Positions 1 through 10,388 of a stretch of DNA of 64,000 nt are shown piece after piece (the stretch's first letter is position 1; each line of letters starts with the position of its first letter). This DNA is from Candidatus Woesearchaeota archaeon (GTDB lineage: Archaea; Nanobdellota; Nanobdellia; Pacearchaeales; GW2011-AR1). The notes under the pieces are model-generated. The model was not told where the DNA came from, did no database searches, and was given only the letters and a program-made list of their open reading frames with translations. Location of the stretch: positions 256,661 to 320,660 of the forward strand of contig CAZNJU010000001.1 of assembly GCA_964573625.1 (NCBI GenBank), given 5' to 3'. The position numbers were made by a program, and so were the translations under genes.

Positions 1-205
1 TATTAAATGTTGGCGCAAAGAAGTCATGCCTTGAAAAGCAATCCTCTACTTTATGACCTAAAATACCTGCCTCGATAAAACGAGACTCGTATGAATGAGA
101 AAAATACGCATTCACTCCGAGATAAATTCCCGCAAAAACAATAAGAAGTAGTGCAAAAAAAGGTCCGAACATGACTATTTCGCCTCCAATACCTCTTTTA
201 TGCAT
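1..205 (-). CDS. Prepilin-like protein with class III signal peptide (3' end outside window)
   Basis: Manually translated MHKRG|IGGEIVMFGPFFALLLIVFAGIYLG...; overlaps the stop of the upstream gene; not in ORF track. Confidence 0.65.
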   Translation of the reverse strand, partial: MHKRGIGGEIVMFGPFFALLLIVFAGIYLGVNAYFSHSYESRFIEAGILGHKVEDCFSRHDFFAPTFN

Positions 206-608
206 GAGCGTTTCCTCTCGAATAAATAGTAAACTGAAACGTATTTCCTACAAGACGAGCATTCCGTATCTCAACATCATTAAAAAAAGGAAATCTGCTA
301 ACACTATTTGAGTCTAAACGTACTTCAACCAGTCGATTTACATTGTCAATCGTGATTATCTGCTCTGGCGCAACCTTATGCTTTGAAGCTATATCTATCG
401 CTCGAGAAACATCTAAAGTTACTTCGCTCGTTGAACCAAGTGCATCAACGGTCAATCCGATTTCTTTAGCATAAAAATCTTGCCATAGTAGCGTACCATC
501 CTGAAAAGCTACTATATACATGAAAAGTCCAAGAAAAAAGACTGCAAACAAAATAATGTAAATCAAGTTACTTGCTAGAATAGTGTCAGAGTCCCCTCGC
601 TTATTCAT
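198..608 (-). CDS. Pilin-like protein (class III signal peptide)
   Basis: MNKRG followed by a hydrophobic helix; lies in pilus locus; start trimmed to MNKRG. Confidence 0.65.
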   Translation of the reverse strand: MNKRGDSDTILASNLIYIILFAVFFLGLFMYIVAFQDGTLLWQDFYAKEIGLTVDALGSTSEVTLDVSRAIDIASKHKVAPEQIITIDNVNRLVEVRLDSNSVSRFPFFNDVEIRNARLVGNTFQFTIYSRGNAHA

Positions 609-638
609 AATCCTCACTACTCAAATAACCATATAAAG

Positions 639-1256
639 CTAACGAAAAGTCGTAGAAATAGGAACACTCGGTTCTGAATGATATGCTGCACAACTGCTAT
701 AATCAAATTTAGAGTCTCCAGAAGCAGATAAAGAAATGGAAGAAGACCCTCTTGCAATAGATATTTCAGATAATAAGGAAGTTAATGGAATACAACTTCG
801 ATAAAAAGTTACAGTAGTCAGTGCAGGAGGTGCACCAGTACCTGCCGCCCCCAAATTAACCATTGAATCAAACGGACGCGAGGAAACATTTACTTTCTTT
901 TCAGACACCCGTTTACAAATCCCGCTTTTCTGACATACAACCGTGGAAGCAGAGCCCGGACAAATACAAACGCATCCTTGATTATAACATCGATCTGGTC
1001 TAGTTGAGTCATCGGCAGACCATCCAGCAAGATACCAACCACTTATCCCTTGAATAGTAACATTTGCAGTTACTCCTTCAGGAACTACTTGAGCCTTGGA
1101 AATTATTGAGTCAAGAACGACCTTCGCCTTATCATTTTCTTGATTTGTATTAAGATCATACAACTTCGCGAAAGCATAAACGAAAACAACAATACCTATT
1201 ACTGCAATAACTATACCAAGAACATTGTTCGTAAAAAAATCACCTTTTTTTTCCAT
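639..1256 (-). CDS. Pilin-like protein with Cys-rich C-terminal domain
   Basis: MEKKG|DFF plus hydrophobic helix; CxxxGCVCIC...C cysteines. Confidence 0.65.
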   Translation of the reverse strand: MEKKGDFFTNNVLGIVIAVIGIVVFVYAFAKLYDLNTNQENDKAKVVLDSIISKAQVVPEGVTANVTIQGISGWYLAGWSADDSTRPDRCYNQGCVCICPGSASTVVCQKSGICKRVSEKKVNVSSRPFDSMVNLGAAGTGAPPALTTVTFYRSCIPLTSLLSEISIARGSSSISLSASGDSKFDYSSCAAYHSEPSVPISTTFR

Positions 1257-1258
1257 AG

Positions 1259-2314
1259 TTACGGAATGCTCTGTACCCCTCCGGCACAAAGTGTGTTAAT
1301 ATCTCGTACGTTATAAGGTAACGTCTGGATCAGTGAGCACCCATGTCTAAATCGATCATCATTGCTTATTGATTCTTTAAGCACCGACTCTGACGCGACC
1401 ACTCCGCGACATTGAACGGCTGCGGCATATTCTCCTGCAAAAGCATTTGAAATACTATATGCTGCGATTCCTGCCTCTGCAAGTCCTAAAACTAGACCTG
1501 TCTTCAATCCCCCAGGAGCCTTAAGTTCAGTACCAAAAATACCATATGCCCAATTGGTCGCAACATCCTGCCATGCCTTAGGTTTATTCTGTGCAAACAC
1601 GATCGCCAGTTGATTACCTGAAGATATACCTTCAAGTCCCGTCTGAGAAACAGATATCTTCTTAGGATCATTTCCGCTCAAGTAAGAGTTAACTTGTTCA
1701 ACACTTGGATAACTATTAAATTGCATATCTGTAAATGCATCAAGATAACTAATGCGATAATCTGGCGGAAGCTTCTGTTGCTTCAAGTATTCTCCAAGGT
1801 TAACCTTTTCAGGAAGTTTCGCGGCTACCACATCATTTCCAAGAGCAACTCGTGTACATATGACGCATGTTGCCTTTCCAAGATCCGACTCGCTCAACCC
1901 AAAAGATTTCCAAGCAGAACCATATAGATCTAATTTACCAGTTCCCATCATCTTCCAACAATCATACATATTGTTAGCGAGCGTTTGCTCAATAGTGTTT
2001 CGCATCTGAGATTCATCTCCAGAAAGACGTATATTCTCTACATTACTCTCTCCAATAAACTGAGGACATTCGTTCTGCTTTCCAGACAAACTTATACAAA
2101 TTTTACTCGTTCGACACTTCAAAGGTAACGACGCCTGAGAAATATCGGGGGCGGTTGCCCTTGTTAAAACAGAAACGCGACATAGTTCGCTATCAGAAAC
2201 ATTCTGATTATTGAAAATAGTGTACAAAAAAACAAGCAAAATAATAAAGCCAACAAGAGCAAGTATCAAAACAGTAAGTTGTGTTGAAGTTATTTCCCCT
2301 CTTTTTGTCGTCAT
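1259..2314 (-). CDS. Minor pilin/adhesin-like protein
   Basis: MTTKRG|EIT plus hydrophobic helix; multiple cysteines; 351 aa. Confidence 0.65.
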   Translation of the reverse strand: MTTKRGEITSTQLTVLILALVGFIILLVFLYTIFNNQNVSDSELCRVSVLTRATAPDISQASLPLKCRTSKICISLSGKQNECPQFIGESNVENIRLSGDESQMRNTIEQTLANNMYDCWKMMGTGKLDLYGSAWKSFGLSESDLGKATCVICTRVALGNDVVAAKLPEKVNLGEYLKQQKLPPDYRISYLDAFTDMQFNSYPSVEQVNSYLSGNDPKKISVSQTGLEGISSGNQLAIVFAQNKPKAWQDVATNWAYGIFGTELKAPGGLKTGLVLGLAEAGIAAYSISNAFAGEYAAAVQCRGVVASESVLKESISNDDRFRHGCSLIQTLPYNVRDINTLCAGGVQSIP

Positions 2315-2345
2315 CTAAATCATAGAGTAAAGAGGTTTATAACGA

Positions 2346-2453
2346 TTACGTAAACCTCTTATAAACAAGATAAATAGCAGAAAGTGCTGCAATAATGAAA
2401 AATATCCAAAGTATCCAGCCAGTTACTGAATCACCTACTTGTGCTTTTTTCAT
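2346..2453 (-). CDS. Very short Flp-like pilin (35 aa)
   Basis: Manually translated MKKAQVGDSVTGWILWIFFIIAALSAIYLVYKRFT; KKA|Q class III cleavage motif; below ORF-track cutoff. Confidence 0.6.
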   Translation of the reverse strand: MKKAQVGDSVTGWILWIFFIIAALSAIYLVYKRFT

Positions 2454-2482
2454 AATAAAAAATAGAAAACTATCTATTAAAC

Positions 2483-4096
2483 TTATGTATTTCGTAACGG
2501 AATATCGTTAAGCTTCTTGCCATTAAGAACATATAACTCTCCAAGGACATCCCATGTAAACGGCTCTTCAGGAGGTTCACTAATCAAATTATTTCGGAGT
2601 ATAATTCCGTTCTCAACTGTTCCCGCTGAACGAGTAGTGATAGTACCTGAAGTAGTCTCGAAGACAAGAAAATATTTAGAACCTTCAAAACTTGACATTC
2701 GTTTAACGTAAAGACCAGTATATATTCCAGAATAATACAAGCGAGTTATATCCGTATTCACGACCTCACGTGAAAAAAGAGAAAAATCCTTTTTAAGAAG
2801 CGCTTCTCTTTCCTGTGCCGCATTTTCATACATTCTAAAATCATTTCCAAGTTCATAGTACTTTGTCATAATCCCATCCACAAATAAATCCGTGTTCATG
2901 ATTTGACCGTTAGCATCGAGAGCCCCACTCTGTTGAAGAGTTTGTATAGAAATAATATTTGGTTTACCTTTGAATTCAAAAGTTATACTATCGAGCACTG
3001 GTTTTTTACCCCAGTAGCCTGTACCCAGTATTCCTGCGTATTTGCCATCTAATTTACGAGTCGCAAGCATCAAGCCATCATAGAAGTGATTTGTTTCTGA
3101 GCCTTGAAATATGTAGAAGTCTGATGCATGATCGCCAGTATATGTCCATTCATCTTTACCGGCATTCCAAGAATAAACATGTGGAGCACCATTAATTGAA
3201 AAATGAATAGATACGTCGCTCGCATCGCTAAAACGTATAGGATATGGATCAACCTGTTTCACACACGAAACAAATTTTTCTTCAGTTCCTTGTACAGGCA
3301 TGTTAAAGTCAATGTAAATATAGTTCTTTAGCTGTTTGACACGATATGCTTCCTGCATAGGAGACTTATCTTTAGTAAATGAAACTGAAACAAATTTTTC
3401 ACATTGGCCATTCTCAAGTAATTGGTCTCTCCACGAAGACAACTTAGAAATATATGGAGTATAACGTTTCAACTCGTCACTTGTAGCTTTTTCAATTCTG
3501 AAAGGTGCTGAATGTAAGACATAAAGCTCATCATTTGAGTTTACAAAAATTCTTGTTTTATACGTGCCAAGCTCATTAGAAGCCAGTTCATCAAGTGCAT
3601 AAACATAGGTACCCTTATCTGCAAAAGCCGCATTTCCCAGACCTTCAATGGAAACAGGTGTTCCCTGCGAATGATAGAACAGAGATGTCTTGCCTGCTAG
3701 AGGTACAGCGTGAAGAATTCTCCAAGGTTCAGGCAGTTCAAAGAAGTTTGCACTTTTTCTATCAGTATTAAAATAGAAATCAATAAGCTGCTCTCGTAAA
3801 GAAGAAGGTATATCATACGAACCTATAGAAGCAACGTTATTAGTTGTCTTAAGAGGTATCCAGGCGTTTCCGCTGAAATAAACTAAGCGTAAGTCATTAG
3901 AAAGATCTATCCCAACTGAAACAACATTCTCAGTCAAAGGATTAGCGCTAGAGTTATATCCAGGTATAAAATTATTAAAAAAGCTCCCTATCGATCCAAA
4001 TTTATCAGTGCTTGCAACAACGATAGCAACAAGAAGAACTGCTGCAATAATCAAAGTAATTATCACACCGCTCGAAAGTTCACCTTTACGGTTCAT
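2483..4096 (-). CDS. Large pilin-like/adhesin protein
   Basis: MNRKG|ELS plus hydrophobic helix, then a roughly 500-aa soluble region. Confidence 0.6.
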   Translation of the reverse strand: MNRKGELSSGVIITLIIAAVLLVAIVVASTDKFGSIGSFFNNFIPGYNSSANPLTENVVSVGIDLSNDLRLVYFSGNAWIPLKTTNNVASIGSYDIPSSLREQLIDFYFNTDRKSANFFELPEPWRILHAVPLAGKTSLFYHSQGTPVSIEGLGNAAFADKGTYVYALDELASNELGTYKTRIFVNSNDELYVLHSAPFRIEKATSDELKRYTPYISKLSSWRDQLLENGQCEKFVSVSFTKDKSPMQEAYRVKQLKNYIYIDFNMPVQGTEEKFVSCVKQVDPYPIRFSDASDVSIHFSINGAPHVYSWNAGKDEWTYTGDHASDFYIFQGSETNHFYDGLMLATRKLDGKYAGILGTGYWGKKPVLDSITFEFKGKPNIISIQTLQQSGALDANGQIMNTDLFVDGIMTKYYELGNDFRMYENAAQEREALLKKDFSLFSREVVNTDITRLYYSGIYTGLYVKRMSSFEGSKYFLVFETTSGTITTRSAGTVENGIILRNNLISEPPEEPFTWDVLGELYVLNGKKLNDIPLRNT

Positions 4097-4245
4097 CGGA
4101 ACCTCATAAGATCTTTGAGATAGCTAATGAGTCCAGTCCCCTTCCCGCTTAATCCAACATAAATGAGTACAACAAGCACAAGAACAATAAGCGCAATAAT
4201 CCAGGGGATAAGAGTGTCCCAGACAATAAACCCTTTTTTCTTCAT
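4093..4245 (-). CDS. Short pilin-like protein (50 aa)
   Basis: MKKKG|FIVWDTLIPWIIALIVLVLVVLIY; start trimmed from ORF track. Confidence 0.65.
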   Translation of the reverse strand: MKKKGFIVWDTLIPWIIALIVLVLVVLIYVGLSGKGTGLISYLKDLMRFR

Positions 4246-4329
4246 AGAAATAAAGAGAAAAATGTTATTATAAATGTGCCGCATAGTGAACTTTATAACG
4301 TCTTTAGCCCTCACGTTTAAATAAAAAAG

Positions 4330-6480
4330 ATGGGTTCCACAGACGAGATTCTTGCAAAGTATAGTCAGAAAATTGAGTCAGAGATGTCCAACGATGAAGA
4401 AAGTTACTCACGAGAATACCTCTCATTCAAAGAAGATATGCTTCCTGAGCTTTCACGCTATCAACGTCTCGTAAATACGCTAAATTTCGTTAAAGTTCAT
4501 GCATCTCAAAAAGACGAAGCCCGTTTACAAAAATACTTGGACGTTGCACACCTTGCAGTAACCCCCTCTCAAGCAATAACCTTTGCAGCGCTCTCATTTA
4601 TTGCTTCATTACTATTAGTTGTTGCAATAACGGCATCACTTTTCTTCATTCAAGGAAAGGTTCAACTAATGTTTTTGTTTCTAGGAGTAATAGTTTCTCT
4701 TTTTGTTTTTTATTACACTTATTCATATCCTAAACGTCTGGCTAATGCGTGGAGATTGAAGGCATCTTCACAAATGGTTCCAGCAGTTTTATACGTCGTA
4801 GTATATATGAAACACACATCTAACCTTGAAAAAGCAATAGAGTTTGCAGCACAACATCTTGAAATACCTCTAGCTCTGGATTTTCGAAAAATATTCTGGG
4901 ATGTTGAAGTTGGTCGATTCTCAACACTTAAACAGTCACTCGACGTCTATCTTGAAAGTTGGAGAGATTATGCTCCAGAATTTGTTGAATCATTTCATCT
5001 TATAGAGTCAAGTCTCTACGAACCTTCCGAATCTAGACGTGTTCAAACATTAGAGAAAGCGCTACAAATTATTCTTGATGGAGTATATGAGAAAATGTTG
5101 AAATATTCTAGAGAAATTCGATCACCTCTTACGAACATATACATGTTAGGAATTATCCTTCCAACATTAGGGCTTGCACTTCTCCCGCTTCTATCAACAT
5201 TAATGGGTGGCGTTGTACAGTGGCAGCATATTTTCCTTCTTTTCAATGTGATTGTCCCATTTATGGTCTTTTATATGACTTCAGAAGTTCTACTTAAAAG
5301 ACCTGGAGGATATGGTGAAAGTTCAGTATTAGAAAAAAACCCAGATTACCCTAAGTTTATATCGAGAAAGCCCTGGGTTACAGCTTTTCTTATCTGCTTT
5401 CCACTTTTAATAATTGGACTCTTGCCATTTGTATTCCAAATGTCTTGGATGAATACGCTAGGATTCAAAAGCGATTATACTTTCCAAGAGCTTCATGTCC
5501 CTTTTCTGAGTGATTCAGGAATGAAAATATTTGATTTCAAACAAGTCAATGGTGCGACATCGGGACCATTCGGAGCCGGTGCTGCACTCCTAAGCCTTTG
5601 TGTGCCTCTCTCAATAGGATTATTCTTTTCGCTCGTATATAAGAAGAAGACAAAAGAACTCATTAAATCGAGAGAGAAGACAAAAGAACTTGAAAGAGAA
5701 TTCAATAATTCACTTTTCCAACTAGGTAATCGTCTCGGAGACGGTATGCCGGCTGAAATAGCTCTTATAAGAGTTGCAGCAGCAACACAGGGTCAAAAGA
5801 CTCAATCTTTCTTTGCCATAGCAAATGAAAATATACAACAATTAGGTATGTCAGTCGAGCAAGCAATTTTTAATCCTAAACGTGGAGCAATAATTTACTT
5901 CCCCTCCGCGCTAATTGCAACAAGCATGCGCATTCTAGTCGAATCCGTAAAGAAAGGATTAGAAGTTGCTGCCCGTTCTCTTATGTCTATATCAGAATAC
6001 GTAAAAAACATTCAAAAAATAGATGATCGTTTAAGAGATTTGCTTGCAGAGGTAGTTTCAGATATGAAATCAAACATGACTTTCCTTGCTCCCCTTCTTG
6101 CAGGAATTGTTGTTGGTCTATCTGCAATGATAACTATGATACTTAACACGCTTCAATTAACAAGTGAGCTCGGTGGGCAACAAGCGCTGGGAGGTTTTGC
6201 ATCTATTTCAAGCATCACTGCTCTCTTTGATGTAAGAACCATGATTCCCCCATACTTTATTCAGATTTCAATAGGGCTCTATATAGTTGAAATAATATTC
6301 ATTCTCACAGCCGCACTGGTTACAGTTGATGCCGGTAAAGATCCTCTAAGAGAGAAATATGAACTAGCGAGAAATCTTAAGCGTGGACTTGTTCTTTATA
6401 TTTCAACTGCCTTGCTTTCGATCGTGGCACTTACGTTGCTTGCAGCAATTGTTCTTCCAGGAATAGGTACTCCTGCTTAA
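4330..6480 (+). CDS. Type IV pilus membrane platform protein (TadC/T2SS-F-like)
   Basis: 716-aa polytopic protein with two repeated cytoplasmic+TM units; adjacent to pilins and ATPase. Confidence 0.8.
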   Translation: MGSTDEILAKYSQKIESEMSNDEESYSREYLSFKEDMLPELSRYQRLVNTLNFVKVHASQKDEARLQKYLDVAHLAVTPSQAITFAALSFIASLLLVVAITASLFFIQGKVQLMFLFLGVIVSLFVFYYTYSYPKRLANAWRLKASSQMVPAVLYVVVYMKHTSNLEKAIEFAAQHLEIPLALDFRKIFWDVEVGRFSTLKQSLDVYLESWRDYAPEFVESFHLIESSLYEPSESRRVQTLEKALQIILDGVYEKMLKYSREIRSPLTNIYMLGIILPTLGLALLPLLSTLMGGVVQWQHIFLLFNVIVPFMVFYMTSEVLLKRPGGYGESSVLEKNPDYPKFISRKPWVTAFLICFPLLIIGLLPFVFQMSWMNTLGFKSDYTFQELHVPFLSDSGMKIFDFKQVNGATSGPFGAGAALLSLCVPLSIGLFFSLVYKKKTKELIKSREKTKELEREFNNSLFQLGNRLGDGMPAEIALIRVAAATQGQKTQSFFAIANENIQQLGMSVEQAIFNPKRGAIIYFPSALIATSMRILVESVKKGLEVAARSLMSISEYVKNIQKIDDRLRDLLAEVVSDMKSNMTFLAPLLAGIVVGLSAMITMILNTLQLTSELGGQQALGGFASISSITALFDVRTMIPPYFIQISIGLYIVEIIFILTAALVTVDAGKDPLREKYELARNLKRGLVLYISTALLSIVALTLLAAIVLPGIGTPA

Positions 6481-8751
6481 TTAAGAGTTAACTTGTCCAA
6501 TGAGCCAGCGTTTCCATTCCATAAAAACAACATCGCTAATAGGTAATCCAAGTTCACGCGTGACCTTATCGCTTATCATATGGAAAGAATCATTAGATCT
6601 TTTTACAAATGAAGCTTCTAATAACGATGGCTTGTTCAATCGTTTAGCAGTTGCAACAAGTTCCTGATGAATTTGTCCACGTAAAATGATATTGTCCATT
6701 ATCGCATCCCAGTTCCCAGCCCATCCTTTAACACTACCAGCAATTGATTTGATGACTTCGCAATCTCCATTGAGCAGTTCATCAGTAGGTTCAAGTTCAT
6801 CTTTTTCAACATTATATCTCATCAAGTCAACAAATCCTTTCTCTTCAAGAGGATCTTTTGTCCAGTGTTTTCTAACTTCTGCAATCTGAACAACTCTTTT
6901 GATAGAGTGAAGCCCATCAGGGGTTTTAATAGGGTTAGCCACAATAACGATATCCGTTGCCTTGAAACTTGTTACAGGTACGCCTAAGTCATTAACAAGT
7001 CTGTCGAAGACCCCATAAGGCGAAGCTCCGTGGATCGTACCCGCGACGACGTTTGCTAGAGCCCCTACTCGCATTGCTTCATACAATGCTTTAGCCTCTG
7101 AGCTTCGCACCTCTCCAACAATTAACGCAGAATCTCCCAAGCGCAAGCTCGCACGTATACCCTCGGAAGCTTCGATCTCGGTTGTTGCTTCGACAAGAGC
7201 ACTTCGAACTTTCATACGCTGGATATTATATTCTAATTTTCTTAGAGAATCAACTGGAAGTTCAAGAGTATCCTCTATAACAAGAATACGGTATTTCGGC
7301 ATTATCTCAAGCATAAGGCTTCCCAAGAGAGAAGTTTTTCCTGAGCTACGTGTTCCAGCTACGAGCAAAGTGCGTGAGCCATCGATAAGGAAACTGAGTA
7401 ACCCTGCGGCAAAGGGATTGATCATTTTATTGTTAACAAATAAAGGGAGTGTCCAAGGATCATCACGTGGACGACGTATGGCATATGCAATTCCCTGTGG
7501 AGAGAGCGGGCGCTGTATTGCTGCAACTCTTGCGCGTACCTTTCCATAAAAAAGATCAGTATCTAGAATAGGATTTGCTTCATCAAGAGGTCTGCCCGAT
7601 TGTAATCGAAGTTTTGCAGCCCAAGATTCTGCATCCTCGTAACTAGGAATTACATTTGTAACACACTCTCCGTATGTTTGATGTCTAACAAAAATAGGGT
7701 TTTGTGCGAGAGGAGCATTTAGAAAAATATCTTGTAATTGTGAATCAAGAAGAAGAACTTCTATGAGTCCAAAGCCAATGGTTTGCCTAACCAAAATACG
7801 AGCAAGACGATTAAGTTCCTTATAAGCGAGTGGAATCCCTTTGCTTTGAGAGAGTTCAGTAAGTAAATCCCTCGCAACTGTAAAAAAAACAGCTCTTGTG
7901 CGTTCAGCGTCGCTAAACTCTTCAGCTTTTGGCTGATGTTCAATAAGGACACTTCTTCCCAAGTTGAGAAGCATATGATGCTCCTCGCTTAAAGCATATT
8001 CCGGAGGCATAATATGATAAACATACGTCGACGCGTCTTTTCGTTTAAGAATTGTAACTATTATTGCCTCTTCCTCGGAGTCAATTTCATACTGATCAAC
8101 AAGTTCTGCATGTTCAGGTAGTTGTGCAACAAGTCTTGTAAAAGTAAAATTAGGTAAAATATCTGGTCTGAAAATAGACTTATAGATGGACCTATCGCCA
8201 TAAGTAGTTGTATCGATAATATCACTAATCGACTTGATAAGGCGTGTCTGCTCAACAAGAGCACGAGTGCGTTCAAGAAAACGAACATATGCTATTGAAA
8301 ATCTAGAATCATTTTGAGTGAGGGAAATTAATCTCTTAAGTTCTATAAGTGCTGAAACCGGATCCTGTCTAAGAAGATTAACAAAAGTGCTCAATTGACT
8401 ATAAACTAAGCCTGAGTCTCCATAAAAAGCGAGTTTCTCTGGGGAAAGTATGCGCTCTTGTTTAACGAGATAAATATAGAGTTGTGCAAACTCAATAAGG
8501 AGAGAAAGCTGATCAAAAGAATAATGATAATTTCGTTGTTGCACAAGAATGAGTCTGGAAACTCCTGCATGATCCATAAGAGAATCTACAACTCTGGCCA
8601 TAACCTCTTGAAAATCAGCAAGAGAAGGCGTAAAGGGCGCTCCTAGATAATTAACATATAAGATAGTCTCTCCCTCTTTACGCTCAACCTCTGTACTATA
8701 CAGAGGAGAGTTTTGCTTAAATATCATTGAACATTCGTGCCAAAACGGCAT
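6481..8751 (-). CDS. Type II/IV secretion (pilus assembly) ATPase, VirB11/CpaF/FlaI family
   Basis: Walker A GTRSSGKT, IEDTLEL, Walker B IVGEVR, GTIHG His box. Confidence 0.92.
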   Translation of the reverse strand: MPFWHECSMIFKQNSPLYSTEVERKEGETILYVNYLGAPFTPSLADFQEVMARVVDSLMDHAGVSRLILVQQRNYHYSFDQLSLLIEFAQLYIYLVKQERILSPEKLAFYGDSGLVYSQLSTFVNLLRQDPVSALIELKRLISLTQNDSRFSIAYVRFLERTRALVEQTRLIKSISDIIDTTTYGDRSIYKSIFRPDILPNFTFTRLVAQLPEHAELVDQYEIDSEEEAIIVTILKRKDASTYVYHIMPPEYALSEEHHMLLNLGRSVLIEHQPKAEEFSDAERTRAVFFTVARDLLTELSQSKGIPLAYKELNRLARILVRQTIGFGLIEVLLLDSQLQDIFLNAPLAQNPIFVRHQTYGECVTNVIPSYEDAESWAAKLRLQSGRPLDEANPILDTDLFYGKVRARVAAIQRPLSPQGIAYAIRRPRDDPWTLPLFVNNKMINPFAAGLLSFLIDGSRTLLVAGTRSSGKTSLLGSLMLEIMPKYRILVIEDTLELPVDSLRKLEYNIQRMKVRSALVEATTEIEASEGIRASLRLGDSALIVGEVRSSEAKALYEAMRVGALANVVAGTIHGASPYGVFDRLVNDLGVPVTSFKATDIVIVANPIKTPDGLHSIKRVVQIAEVRKHWTKDPLEEKGFVDLMRYNVEKDELEPTDELLNGDCEVIKSIAGSVKGWAGNWDAIMDNIILRGQIHQELVATAKRLNKPSLLEASFVKRSNDSFHMISDKVTRELGLPISDVVFMEWKRWLIGQVNS

Positions 8752-8807
8752 TAAATAAATTGCTATAGATACAAAACTATTTTAAACCACCTTCCCCTCA
8801 AGTGTTA

Positions 8808-9116
8808 ATGCCTGAAGATTACAATGCTCAACAATACGCCACAGATGCCGCAACACGTCTTCGTGACCTCGAAGAAAAACAACGTCTCCTAAAAGAGAGA
8901 ATTTTACTTATTGGTCAGAATATCGTTTCGGAACGAGAATCTCTTTTTCAAGATTTACAAATGATAAAGAAGACATTATTCGAGCTAAAAGAAGAACAAC
9001 TTAAAATGAAAGAATTTGTTCAGAGATTATCCGAGTCAGTAACTGAGTTGGCACGAAAAGAGGAGGTTCTGACAATTCAACGCCAACTGGACATCCTAAA
9101 ACCCCACATACGATGA
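8808..9116 (+). CDS. Coiled-coil hypothetical protein
   Basis: Heptad-rich ORF; ATGA overlap with next gene. Confidence 0.6.
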   Translation: MPEDYNAQQYATDAATRLRDLEEKQRLLKERILLIGQNIVSERESLFQDLQMIKKTLFELKEEQLKMKEFVQRLSESVTELARKEEVLTIQRQLDILKPHIR

Positions 9117-9883
9117 GTGTTCTTGAAGAGGTGAGGCAACTAAAAGATCAAGGAATGACTGACGATCAGATAGTTCAGATGATGCGAGATAAGGGAGTCC
9201 AGTATAGAGACATTTCTGAAGCGCTTGCGCAAACACAGATTAAGGCTGCGGTAGAACAAAAAGACGAGCCACAGGTAGCCTATCAAGCAGGACAGCAAGT
9301 GCAAGATGAAAACATGCTACAACCCTCTCTTTTGGCTGATGCTCAAGTGCCGCAAGGAACACAGGCTCAATACGCTCAACAAGGACAGCAATATCAGCCC
9401 CAATACTATCCAGGTCAAGACCAACAAATGCCTCAAGCACAGAATTACCAATATCAGCCCCAGCAGCAACAAGAACAGCAATATGCTCCGACAGATGCTG
9501 GGCAACAAGACTATAACCAATATAGTTACCCGCAGAGTACAGAAATGATTTCAGAGATAGCTGAACAAATCGTAGCAGAAAAGATGTCAGATCTTAGAAA
9601 AAATATTGAGAAAGTGATTGACTTTAGAACTTCTGCTGAATCAAAAATACAATTCATTGACGAGCGTCTTAAAAGGCTTGAGAAAGTGATTGACACGCTC
9701 CAGAGCTCCGTTCTAAGAAAAGTAGGAGACTATGTAACTAACGTAGAAGACATTAAACGAGAGATTGTAGAAACTCAGAAGACGTTCTCAAAACTCGTAC
9801 CGGGAAGACATCATCCACAGCAAACACATCAGCATCCACATAATCAGCATAATCAACCCAAACACCACCCTCATAAAAAATAA
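9113..9883 (+). CDS. Hypothetical protein with Gln/Tyr/Pro-rich linker, coiled coil and His-rich tail
   Basis: 256-aa ORF; low-complexity QYQPQ region. Confidence 0.7.
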   Translation: MSVLEEVRQLKDQGMTDDQIVQMMRDKGVQYRDISEALAQTQIKAAVEQKDEPQVAYQAGQQVQDENMLQPSLLADAQVPQGTQAQYAQQGQQYQPQYYPGQDQQMPQAQNYQYQPQQQQEQQYAPTDAGQQDYNQYSYPQSTEMISEIAEQIVAEKMSDLRKNIEKVIDFRTSAESKIQFIDERLKRLEKVIDTLQSSVLRKVGDYVTNVEDIKREIVETQKTFSKLVPGRHHPQQTHQHPHNQHNQPKHHPHKK

Positions 9884-9885
9884 AC

Positions 9886-10386
9886 TTATTTCTTAACAAG
9901 AAGCCAGCTAATAACTGCGGTCACCACTATCAATATAATCGCACCCACAACAGGGCCAGAATAGAGCCAGTCAGTAAATAAATTGCCTTCATATCCTACA
10001 CCTGGAAGGTAAGGATAAATTACGTCTGAAAAGACTACAATCGCTGAGATGAAAAAGATAAGTACGAGCATGATAACTGCCGCAACCCCTATATTTTCCT
10101 GAAACTTATTAGGCACTTTTCCAGCAAATGAAACAATAAGTAACATAAAGAAAAGAGATATGAACAAAACAGCAAACCATGGCGTCACAACCTCAACATA
10201 TCTTCGAGCTCCCGCCGCGGAAATGAATAGCGTCGCAATAACAAAAGAGACAAAAATTATCATCCATTTATTATCTCCTAGTACTTTAGTCTTTAACAGA
10301 ACAAGAGAGATAACAAGGAATACCAGAAAGAAAGCAATAATTGGAGCAAAATAGGAAAAATAAGTCACAGAAACTTCAGCAACCAT
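9886..10386 (-). CDS. Multi-pass membrane protein (paralogue 1 of 3)
   Basis: About 5 TM helices; shares motif FLVFxxIxxxLxKTKVLG with neighbours. Confidence 0.7.
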   Translation of the reverse strand: MVAEVSVTYFSYFAPIIAFFLVFLVISLVLLKTKVLGDNKWMIIFVSFVIATLFISAAGARRYVEVVTPWFAVLFISLFFMLLIVSFAGKVPNKFQENIGVAAVIMLVLIFFISAIVVFSDVIYPYLPGVGYEGNLFTDWLYSGPVVGAIILIVVTAVISWLLVKK

Positions 10387-10388
10387 AA

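Noticed and set aside
9270..9540. CAA/CAG-rich nucleotide repeats
   Set aside because: Explained by the Gln-rich protein linker; no regular DNA periodicity
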